Origin: Octopus sinensis
Lineage: Eukaryota
NCBI RefSeq assembly: GCF_006345805.1
Contig: NC_043009.1
Coordinates: 20,522,001-20,586,000 of the forward strand
Direction of reading: 5' to 3'
Length of the DNA stretch: 64,000 nucleotides
Shown here: positions 13,561-26,461 of the stretch, one piece after another
Layout: every line of letters begins with the position of its first letter
Position numbering within the stretch: the stretch's first letter is position 1
Notes under the pieces: generated by a model
Told to the model about the DNA's origin: nothing
Database searches by the model: none
What the model saw: the letters and a program-made list of their open reading frames with translations, nothing else
Made by a program: the position numbers and the translations under genes

Positions 13561-14169
13561 GCCATCAGGAAATATATTACTTTGCTTGGAAACAGGTGAG
13601 GGTTGGCAACAGGACAGAAGAATCTGCTTCAATAACCCCACCCCTCATCCATGCAATTATGGAAAATTGAACATTAAAAATGTTGATGGTGGTGATATGT
13701 ACTTTTTTTGTGTGTATGTATGCATGCATGCATGCATGCATGCATGTGCATACATGCATACATACGTTATAGGTACACACCCCAACCGATACTCTATTCA
13801 CCTATGACCTAATTATTTCTAATTAACCATTTCTCATCAAGATCTCAACCTTTGCCTAACCCTCAGGATTCTGTTGTAATTGATGCAATATGAAATTTCT
13901 CTTTTATCCTATCGGGATCAATTGGACCAGATGGCTGATGGAATATCTTCCATTTCTTTGCCTCCTGAGTCCAAATCACACCTACATGGATGTCTGTTGT
14001 CCAATTTAAGATGACCACTAGTTAGCAGAGTCCATTCTGTCTGCAAATGTCAGGCCTGGAATCCAGTTTGAGGCTACCTTTCTCCCTCACCCCACCCACC
14101 CTAGTTTCAGGACCCTTTTAAAGGGTCATCAGCCCTGCCATCTCTCCTGACTAACAGATAAAAAAAAAA

Positions 14170-14380
14170 AACAGTACCATTTCTGCCACTGCACAAGGCC
14201 TCACATTAAGAGAGGGGTAGGGGTTACAGTCAGTTTAATCAAGTCCAGTACTTGATCCCAGATGGGTAAAAGGAGAAGTTGGCTCTGACAGGATTTGAAC
14301 TGAGAATGTAAAATAAAATGTAACTAAATACTACTTTGTTCAACACTGTAATTATTCTGTCAATCCACCGCCATTAATTA
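14170..14380 (-). mobile_element. Decayed SINE
   Basis: Same family ends as the 525-722 copy (gcacaaggcc...ggatttgaact). Confidence 0.5.
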
Positions 14381-16849
14381 ATTGATAAACCATCAAATCA
14401 GGATTTCTGGGACACAGTAGAAAGAAATAACTCTTTTAAATTTTAGTTATTTTCATTGTGCACAAAAACAGATTTTTTTTTTTTTTTTACAGACATTGCT
14501 CTGTAAAATGTGGGTAGTTTATTTTCTCATTCTGAAATTATTCAACAGTCTGACAGGTGTTTTTTTGTTTTCTCTGTCTCTGCTACAAAATGTAAAATAT
14601 TTCTTTAAAGGTTAAAAAAAGAATTTTTCTTTAAACCTCAAATGTTCTTTTGGTAAATGGTAAATCTAGAAGCCTGCATATTCAGGAACATGACTTTTTT
14701 TTTTTCAATTCATGCTTTACCTCTTTTTACAAAGAATGATACCTATATTTGAAAGTCTACATGTATGTTGGTATTTTTTTGTTTTCTGCTACTATTTTAT
14801 TAATTAACCTACTCCCAGTATAAAAGTGTGTGTGTGTGTGCATATAGACATAAATATACACACACACACACACACTCTGATATGTCCATACACATGTATG
14901 TACCACTGTCTCTAATCCTTTTGTATGGTATTTATTTGCATTGTAACCATAATATCTGCCAACACACCATTTTTTAGAAATGATCTTGAGATGTCAGTTA
15001 AAGTCATTATTCCAAAGAATCTATCAAAATTCTATTGTTTGTTCAATTTTGATGGAAATACATTTAAATACACAATTATGTTGGCAGACATAACATTCCC
15101 AGATGTAGCCCTTTCCTAATAAAATATACCAATTCCGTTTTAATCCATTTTCAAAGTCATCAAGAATCTGGAGCCTCAAGAAAAAAAGGAAAATTCCATT
15201 TATTAATACATATATATACATGTGGTTCCCTCTAGTGATAGCAATTAATACAAGGGAGATAATCATCCCTTCACAACATGAAGTGAGATTAGAATTCACA
15301 TATTCAATTTTTGTCTTTACTTATTACAAAGTCCTTACAGTTCCTAGTTGGTGGCAGTCATGCATAGCAATATTTCATTCTTTTCAGAAATTGTCAACAT
15401 GATGTAAACTGTCACTTATTGATTAGACATTCCATTAAAATTAATGATTAGATTAATTACAGTCAGGGAACATGAAATGTGAATTTTCTTCTTTTCTTTC
15501 ATGAAATGCTAGTAGTTAAAGAATCAAGAAAAAAGAGAAACATCTTCAGTGTAGCAACTAGCCATTTTAAAATAACGCGCCAATTTGCAGTAGCTGGCAA
15601 TATGACGTAATGTCGTATTGCCGAAGAAATATTATTGTCGTTTTTCCATTGGTTAATATAACTGCTCATATAAGGATTAGTAAAGAATATTTGCATGAAA
15701 TTTCGATTCTTTTTAGTCGAGTTGAGCAGTTATAAAAACCCTGGATTTTTGGAAAAACTTTAGTATTTGTTGGATGTAGCTAAACTCCACGACACTCACT
15801 CCTTTGAGACATTGGTGATTTTCATACCATGTCCAAGGAAAATCCGACAAGTCTTATTTGAATTGTTGTGATTCATTTATTTAGTTAGATTTATGAATTA
15901 GCTAGTGAAATATATAGTCATACTTCTACATGACGAAAATTATCTTTTCTTTCACATGTACATAATATAAAATGTTATATTTATATAATAAAATTAATTA
16001 AGAAAATGTTTTCTCGTCACGCTTTTCAACTGTGTATAAATATGCATTTCTGTAATCATTAAATTATATTTTCTTATAGCGGTTAAATGAACACGAAGAT
16101 AATATTATACATACATGACGCTAATATTCTTAGCGTTCCATAAGTATATTTCTCTATGGCGTTATATACTGTAGTTCGGATTTGCGTATAATGATAACAC
16201 TTAAGTTATAAGTGACGTTTTAATCATTATATACACCCTTACTTAAAAAGCCAAGTAAAATAATCTATTTCCCAATCGGAAACACAATAAATAGCATTAC
16301 ATTACTGTAACAAAACTAATTAGAGAATATACGATATTAATATAACCTAAGAGAAAGCTCATGGTAGCCTAAAACCGCCTATAGGAAAATCAGTATTCAT
16401 TTACAGAATAACAGCTATTTTCAGCAGCATTCTACCTTGTGAAAATATCGTTATAGCAGTTAATAATATATATATACATTTATGTATATATATATATATA
16501 CATAAATGTATATATATTTGTGTGTGTATCAAGTTAATATTTGAGATTTAACAAAAAGTCTTTACCTAACATTATAAAAGGTTTCATTCTGTGAACATTT
16601 TAAATCCGATTTTTATCTCATCGAACCAGCATCAGTTCCAGATATGCTTGTACCAAAACAGTTAACACTCTTCTTAAATGTCAATATTCTGTTCTGTAAA
16701 CCTGGAAGTTTAGCAATTCCACTCATTTCTATTTTGGAATTTAACCAAGAATAAATTCATCAGTAAATTCAGTCTGGCATCACCAATATTTCATTTCTAG
16801 AAATTTGGTTTGATTGGAACCATTTCTATAAATTTTTAAGTTTAAATAA

Positions 16850-16880
<31 letters not shown>

Positions 16881-18416
16881 CATTGTCATAGTCATTATTG
16901 TTATTATTATTGTTGTTGTTGTCGTTGTTGTTACAGTTGTTGCAAATGCTGTTTTTCTTTGTTTCTAAATAAATTCTGCACACACACACACACCACCTCC
17001 TTTTGGAAATTTGATTATAATGAATATGAAACTGTATCATTTTTAGAATTTTGATCCTGAAGACAATGTTGATGGATCTTACCAACTTGGACGTGCAGAT
17101 GATCAGGTTTGTCTTTTTGAATTTATACTGAATTCTTGTAAGTTGGCTCAAGTGTCACCCAATATAAGTGTTAGCGCCACAGATCCTCAAAGTGAATTGT
17201 CAATACATCAGGCTTCTTGTCTTCCTCATGACATACTTATTATTCCACTTTTAGGAAATAATCTGGAAATGTGAAGTAATTATGTGTTCATTACACATAT
17301 TTGCCATTGCAAACCTTTAGCATTTCTGCTCAAATAGATGAACTGCAGAGAGTGATTACGAAGTATGGTAGAAATTAATGTGTAGATACATCTGCAAGAA
17401 AATCATTCTCTCTCCTTATCTCTCCCTATATATACATATATCAAGGTTTTTGCAAAAATATGCTTGATACAGTCACAATAATTAAAGGAAGAGTTTCTTA
17501 AACGTTATTAACAATTTTTAGAAAACTGAATGTCACAAACTTTTGGAAAAGAAGTTTTTGTATTGTGTGTATTTCGTGTGTAAGCACTGCTCAACTTTTC
17601 AAATGTATCTACTCTGAACTTTGCTTTGGTGGATTGTGGAGGAGAAAAGAGACAGGTAGTATTTATAAATTTAGGCATAGCTTAAAGGTATCTGGGTTGC
17701 TGTTGTATTAATTGTAATTCCTTATTTAAAATACAGGGAGGAAGGGAAACTGATGTTAAATTCCAGATACTTGTCAAGGAATATCACCCATTTATCACTG
17801 AAAAATAAAAACTGATTCAGGACAGAGTGGACTCTTTAACCCAGCCATAGTCAACCTTTTTAGTGCTGTTGGCCCATGCTGTGAAGTCAGGGATGTGAAG
17901 GGCATCCAGCTCTGTGCACATATGTGTGTGTGCGTGTGTACATGTGAGCCTTTTTGAATTGAATTCATTCTGAGAACCATAGGTGATATCCTGCAATGGT
18001 AATAACCATCGGTGATATCCTGCAATGGTAATAACCATCATAATGATGTTGTTGAGGTTGATAGAAAATATTTCTATCATAACATTAATTGAGAAAAAAT
18101 ATAAAAATATAAACATGTTTGTGTCATTCCTTACGAATATTTCACTAGAATATGAGAAAGTGTTATGAAACTATCCCAGAAGTTTCCCTTTGTCAGTTTT
18201 ATTGATTAAATAATATTGAACAAGTTGTTCTGCTTAACAATAACATTATTTAGCGTTTAATAAATTTTTAATCATTATAATTTAGCTTTAATAATATAAT
18301 GAATAATCACGTTGTTGTATTAACCATAAAATAATTGTTTTATTGTCCATTTGATAGATAATTATTGTTATTAAATTACTAATTATTTTCTACTCATTAA
18401 CCTTTTATTTCTTCAG

Positions 18417-18500
18417 CTAAGACGTACACTTGATGAACTGCGAAATGTCAAAGAAGCTAACGAAGAATTAACAAAACGTTGCCACTTCTTGGACGAACAA
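18417..18500 (+). CDS. HOOK3: HOOK exon (LRRTLDELRNVKEANEELTKRCHFLDEQ)
   Basis: 84 nt, phase 0/0; resembles LKKTTEEL...AQRCHELDMQ. Confidence 0.93.
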
Positions 18501-18947
18501 GTTAGTTGGATTAACATTTGTCACACACATCTATAAGCATTAAGAAATATCAGCCACCTTTCTTTAATAGTCAAGCCAAAAAGATGGTTTTAACATTTCA
18601 TAAACTCTGGTGGAATCATTTTGTAAATATGTTTTAAAAACTTGAATAATTAATATAAAATTTGTTGTAAGCTTGAAAAATGTAAGTTCAATGTAAATTT
18701 TTAAAATGTCTAACTAGTCATATTTTTTAGAAAAAAAAAGCCAATTAACTATTTAAACCATTAACCACTTAAGCTGCTAAAATGAAATCACTTTACATAA
18801 GATTGTAATTTTTTTTTTTCCTAACTTGATGTCATTTTTCATGTAAACAGCCAGATGAAAATTATTTATTTGAATTTAGCAAAAGAGGAAGAAGTGTTGT
18901 TGTTGTCATTATTCATTGATAGACATTTTTTTTTTTTGCTTTGTTAG

Positions 18948-19042
18948 ATGACTTCTTTACAAGATGAGAAAATTACTCTGTCTTCTGAAGTTGACAGATT
19001 ATCAGAACGTTTGAACCAAGCAGAAAATCTTGATGATCCTGG
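18948..19042 (+). CDS. HOOK3: HOOK exon (MTSLQDEKITLSSEVDRLSERLNQAENLDDP)
   Basis: 95 nt, phase 0/2; resembles LQEEK...ERLNQSDSIEDP. Confidence 0.93.
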
Positions 19043-20069
19043 GTAAGCTTTATTTCTAATTCCAGAAGTAAATTTCTAACTGAACTAATGTTCAGTATGG
19101 TTTTAAATAATTCTTTACTGTCTGCTAATTCCCTATTCTTTTAACTACTCCATAACTCCATAATTTAGAAAATAGATGTTTTTTGCTCTCAGGTCTACAA
19201 CAGAGACTTTTATGCAGTTGGTCAACCTTATTTCCTGTCCATAGATTGGACAACACTGTCTCACAACTGACCATTAGCCTTCATTATTTTATATACACCA
19301 CAGCAGGCACCACAACATTAATCTTTGTTGTGGTGTTTTGGGAATGCTACCTTTTTTTTTCTTGTATTTTACAAATGGATGTTTTCTTGTTGTCAATAAA
19401 TCTACAAGAAAAATTCAAGATGACCTCTTTTTCCCATGACTCAAGTTTCAAGCTTCACAATCCTTCAGGGACATGCCCTTCACCATCTGTCAAATGTTTT
19501 CTGTGGCTTCCATTTACAAACTGTGGTATTTAAATGTGTGTGTGTGTGTGTGTGTGTACATAAAAGCATATATAAACACACAAATAAGTATCTATACAAA
19601 ATATAGAGACAGACATACCATTTAGTTTATAGGCATTCACATTCAAAAGTAAACATGTACAACGACTGTTAGGTGAAGGCACTGCTGACCTTGAAGTTCA
19701 AACTAATTTCCTGCAGTCATTGTGTTGTAGTGCAGAGCAAGGCACATAAGTCTTCCAGCTCCAGTTTGCCTGAATAACAGATCACTCTTTATTTCATGGT
19801 GGAATGCTTAACAGTTGGGAAGTTATACGACTCTAAAGGCAATTCCCCACACCAATAAACCGTTACAGATGTGAAATAGTAAAATTCAAATAGTTAATTT
19901 GGTAGCAGGTTCTTCACTGTTGGAGTTAACTGCTGAATGATGACGTCAGCAGTAAAACGATTTTAAGGAGTAAAGTTCCAAACACTGATTCAAGAACACA
20001 GTTTGTGGTTTTTGTAGAAAAGATTTAATGATAGAGTGGTAAAATCTGATTTCTTTTAAATATTTGCAG

Positions 20070-20149
20070 AACTCCAGCTGGCCGGCGCTGTCAGCAGTTA
20101 CAGCGACAAACTGAACGTCTGCAAGAAGAAGTTCTTAAACTGGAATCTG
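20070..20149 (+). CDS. HOOK3: HOOK exon (TPAGRRCQQLQRQTERLQEEVLKLES)
   Basis: 80 nt, phase 2/1; resembles SPAGRRHLQLQ...LQEETFRLE. Confidence 0.95.
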
Positions 20150-20664
20150 GTAAGATTTCCTCAATAAGTTCCATATTTTCCCTCCTTTCTTCAGTAAATA
20201 CATATGCACACACTCACCAAAGTTTATTATAGAAGATTATATACATATATATATAGATTCTTCTCCTTCTTCATCATCATCAACATCGCCATCATCATCA
20301 TCATCTTATTCTTCTGCTCCACCTTCTACTTCTTAGCTTTATCACTAATGCTTTTTAGTATAACACCTACGAAAATTCTATAAACAAACCTTTCAATAGA
20401 AATATTCTCATGAATTGAACTGCAACTGCTAGCCACCACTGATCATTCAAAATACAACAATCAAGGCACTCCCAAATTTTCCCACCCCTTCTCCTCTTCA
20501 TCCTTCTTCTTCTACCCTACCAAGAATTCACAACGACCTTGAACCCACAAGTATAAACAAGAGAGACAGAGAAAGGCAGAAACAAGGAAATATTCCTTTA
20601 AAAAAACAAATATTCCTTTAAAAAAACTTTTCTTTTAATTTTTCTAAATTTAATTATTTAATCG

Positions 20665-20708
20665 TTACAGTTGAAAAGGTCTCAAAATGACCGAAACCGG
20701 TACTGAAA
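20665..20708 (+). ncRNA. Degenerate minimal type I hammerhead-like motif (Penelope pLTR remnant)
   Basis: cag-TTGAAAA-ggtc(tcaaaat)gacc-GAAA-c cg g-TA-ctg; core has two changes from CUGANGA. Confidence 0.45.
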
Positions 20709-21029
20709 TGTTCTTTATAAAATTATTTTAGCATTTTCTATCTTGACTTGTTTTTTCACATTATATATATATATACAAAAAGCAATAAAGATTCAAGTTA
20801 ATTTAAATGAATTTACTTGAATATGGTACCTAACTTAGATGCACCAAAAAAAACTATACTGTTTTAACAATACAGTAATGTGGGGTGAAAGGACAGGCTT
20901 TATTAAAAGTTGTAAAAATTACAGCATATAAACGTGTCCCGTACTCATCAGCTAAAATACATGTGAGTTCTCTAGACATCCTAGTGGTTGAGGCTATACT
21001 CATGAAGTAATGTAGATAATTAAGTAACA

Positions 21030-22019
21030 TAAACAGTTAGGATTTCTTATTCAACCCTCCCAAATATGTCCACTTTAATAGCTAAGATTAATAATAAAAA
21101 CATTAAACTAGCCAGGAAAGATAGAAATAAAAATAATAATATCAGCATGAATACCAATAGCAATTATAATAATACTACCAACAATAAAAACAGCAATAGT
21201 AACTATCAAAACATAGGTGAAATTAGTAACCACAGAATGACTAATAACATTAACATTAATAGTAATAATAACAATGCCGATATTAATAGAAGTAATAATG
21301 TTAATAATAGAAATAATAGATATAAGGCTAATGGAGAAAATAAGGAGAATGAAAATATCAGTGATATTTATAACAGCAATATGCAGTCGGATAAAAAGAC
21401 TAACAATAATAGTATTATTACCAATAATATAAGAAATCATGGTAGGACTTTAAACCTAAATGATGAAGCTGAAGGATCAATAAATAATAGCAATACTTTA
21501 GATATCAGCACCAACTATAGAAATGATAATCAAAATAATAGGAACCTAAGACATCTACCCAAGAATAATCCAAAGCCTGAAGTTGCTCCTCCTGTGTGTA
21601 AGTGTAGAATAAAATCAAAATGCCCGGCACCGGGTCTATGTGGGGAAAATAATGTAATCTATAAATGTACCATATCCACGGAGAATAACAAATATCTTTA
21701 CGTTGGATGTACAATTAATTTTCTAGCCAGAGTTAGAAATCACATCTCATCTTTTAAATTACGTCATAAAGCTGGTACCACCACACTTTCAAACAAAATC
21801 TGGGAACTCAAAAATAATAATAAAAATTATAACCTTAATTGGGAAATAGTTAGGAGAGCAATTCCGTATAAAAATAGTAGGGTTGGTTGCCAACTATGCT
21901 CCATGGAGACGTATGAAATTCTAAAGCATAGAAAACATAGAAACTTATTGAATAACCATATCGAACTAGGTCAAGTTTGTGTCCACGCTAAATTGAAGAC
22001 TTTAAAATATTTTAAATGA
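21030..22019 (+). mobile_element. 5'-truncated Penelope-like element: Asn-rich linker, Cys motif and GIY-YIG endonuclease
   Basis: Frame opens TVRISYSTLPNMST just before ORF 21066..22019; CKC...CP..GLC, VIY...YVG, RVRNH, CQLC.ME, LLN...CVH; no RT present. Confidence 0.85.
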
Positions 22020-22787
22020 TTAGAATATTCGTAACTAGATAGATAGATATAACTTGATTTCTACTAGTATAGCACTGCTTTAAGTAGATAACTAAGAGTT
22101 CTCACACTACAGTTATCTTTTTCCTTATATCTGCATCAGTTTTTTGAGAACAGGGAAATGAATAGTACTTATACGCTGCTTAATTGAGGCTTTATTTAAT
22201 TTCAAACTCATAATTTTTAAATTCTTAATTTTAAATCTTAATTGTAATTTTTAATTTTAATTCCTAACTTAATCTAATTTAAGTAGCATAACTCTAATAA
22301 AATAAAATGAGATACTATAGCCCCATAATTCTATTTCAAAATTAAATAAATAAGGCTACCCCCTCGGTGATAATATGATTATCTTCATTATGATAGACAA
22401 TCCCCTAACACCTTGTAAATGATCTTCTAAGATTTGACCTGTAGTCCGTCAATATATGAATAATAACGGCAACTCCTTAAGACAATAAATGAATAAATTA
22501 AATAAGTAAGTTTTATTGACTTTTTGATAAGATTATACTTAGATTTCCTAATGTATTTTCTTTTGATTTTAGCATCTGACCCCTAAACCCCTGACTGTGT
22601 TATCTCTTTAGATTCTCTTTAAATTCATAGCTGATTTCAACAGCAATAAATTAGCTGTTTTACTGGCCAAAGAATAATATTCTCCTCTAGTTCCTAGATG
22701 CCTGTAAATTAAAACCAGACTTGCCGACTACCAATTCTTCTGTATAACTAGAACCCTCTTTTTTATTTTATTTTTTCCCTTCTTTCC

Positions 22788-22794
22788 CTATATG

Positions 22795-22825
<31 letters not shown>

Positions 22826-22854
22826 GTATATATATATATGTATATATATATATG

Positions 22855-22885
<31 letters not shown>

Positions 22886-23164
22886 GTATATATGTATATA
22901 TATATATGTATGTATATATATATATGTATATATATGTATGTATATATATATATGTATATATATATATGTATGTATATATATATGTATATATATATATATG
23001 TATGTATATATATATATGTATATATATATATATGTATATATATATATGTATATATATATGTATGTATATATATATGTATGTATATATATATGTATATATA
23101 TATATGTATGTATATATATATATATGTATATATATATGTATATATATATGTATATATATGTATG

Positions 23165-23204
<40 letters not shown>

Positions 23205-23332
23205 TATGTATGTATATATATATGTATATATATATATGTATATATATATGTATGTATATATATATATGTATATATATATATGTATGTATATATATATATG
23301 TATGTATATATATATATGTATATATATATATG

Positions 23333-23363
<31 letters not shown>

Positions 23364-23482
23364 GTATATATATATATGTATGTATATATATATATGTATG
23401 TATATATATATATGTATGTATATATATATATGTATGTATATATATATATGTATGTATATATATATGTATATATATATGTATG

Positions 23483-23522
<40 letters not shown>

Positions 23523-23608
23523 TATGTATATATATATATATGTATGTATATATATATGTATGTATATATATATATGTATGTATATATATATATGTATGTA
23601 TATATATG

Positions 23609-23639
<31 letters not shown>

Positions 23640-23708
23640 GTATGTATATATATATATGTATATATATATGTATATATATATATATGTATGTATATATATA
23701 TATGTATG

Positions 23709-23739
<31 letters not shown>

Positions 23740-23902
23740 GTATATATATATGTATATATATATATATGTATGTATATATATATGTATATATATATATGTA
23801 TGTATGTATATATATATATGTATATATATATATATGTATGTATGTATATATATATATGTATATATGTATATATGTATATATATATATATATGTATATATG
23901 TA

Positions 23903-23933
<31 letters not shown>

Positions 23934-23988
23934 ATATATGTATATATGTATATATATGTATATATGTATATATATATATGTATATATG

Positions 23989-24023
<35 letters not shown>

Positions 24024-24035
24024 GTATATATATAT
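22788..24035. repeat. Compound (TA)n/(TATG)n microsatellite, ~1.25 kb
   Basis: Direct reading. Confidence 0.97.
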
Positions 24036-24169
24036 GGTAATATAATAATAAGAGTAAATAATTTCTATAAAGGCTTTTAAAAAAAACCCAATTATTTACT
24101 GGTAGAATTCGGTATGTAAATATAGCCGATTACCGGCAGGAACTTCTGTAAAGCTCAGTATATATATTG

Positions 24170-25137
<968 letters not shown>

Positions 25138-26461
25138 GAAGGCACCATATGCCCTATCCACAAAGGAGGGAGTAGAGCAGAGGCCAAAAACTACAGGCCA
25201 GTCTCCCTGACGTCACACATAAGTAAGGTCATGGAACGAATCATCAGAAAAAAACTGATCACGTTCCTCGAAGAAACTAACCGTCTCACTGACACACAGC
25301 ATGGCTTTCGCCCAGGAAGAAGCTGCCTTACGCAGCTGTTACAACACTACGACTGGGTACTGAAACAACTACTGGATCGCTCACAGGTGGATGTGGTATA
25401 TCTCGACTTTGCGAAGGCCTTTGACAAAGTCGACCACGGAGTGATATGTCACAAATTACTCAGACTCGGCATAACAGGAAAAGTAGGTGAGTGGATACAT
25501 GACTTCCTGAAGGACAGAAGCCAGATGGTTGCAGCCAATGGAGCCCTCTCGGGAAAGACACCAATAGCAAGCGGGGTGCCACAGGGCACAGTCTTGGGAC
25601 CCTTGCTGTTTTTGGTGGCGCTCTCTGACATGCCCTTGGTAGCACAAACAACATCCCTCACTAGCTATGCTGATGACACAAAGGTAGCACAGGCAATCAA
25701 AAACCCAGCTGATGCTGACCTTTTACAACAAGATCTGGATGCCATATACAAATGGGCTGAAGACAACAACATGCAATTTAATGCTGGTAAATTTCAAGCC
25801 TTACAATATCAAGCTGTAAACACATATACATTACAACACAACTATACTGGTCCAGGAGGGATCGAAATCCCAGTATCGAAATCAATACGGGACCTGGGGA
25901 TAGACATGAGTGACGATGCATCTTTTTCTTCACACATCGCGAAGGTGGCGACAATGTGCAGACGACTCACTGGCTGGATCCTGAGGACATTCCGGACAAG
26001 AGACTGCGAGACCATGTTGACACTATGGAGGACATTTGTCCTAAGCTGCCTGGACTACTGCTCCCAACTGTGGTCACCGCATAGTGTCAAACTAACCACA
26101 GAGCTTGAGACAATCCAAAGACATTTCACCAAGAGGATTTCCACCATGAAAGAAAAGAACTATTGGGAGAGGCTTAGGGAACTCAATTTGTACTCCTTGG
26201 AACGAAGACGAGAGAGATATGCAGTGATATACATATGGAAAATCCTGGAGGGACTAGCACCAAATTTTGGAATTGAGAGCTGTTCCAATCCCCGTACAGG
26301 ACGTCACTGTGTGGTGCCAAAGGTCCCGTCTTCCACATCCAGGGTAAGGAGCAGATACTGTAATAGCCTGGGGTTCAGGGGCCCTCAGCTTTTCAACAAA
26401 CTGCCAAGAAAACTAAGAGATCTACATGATGCGGATGTGGACATTTTCAAAAAACATCTAG
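25138..26461 (+). mobile_element. CR1-like LINE RT fragment, truncated at both ends
   Basis: ICPIHKGG...[52 protein letters not shown]; homology ends at KKHLD. Confidence 0.92.

Noticed and set aside
15829-15861. Short ORF MSKENPTSLI resembling HOOK3 MSKESPVS
   Set aside because: Ten codons with no usable splice sites; likely coincidence
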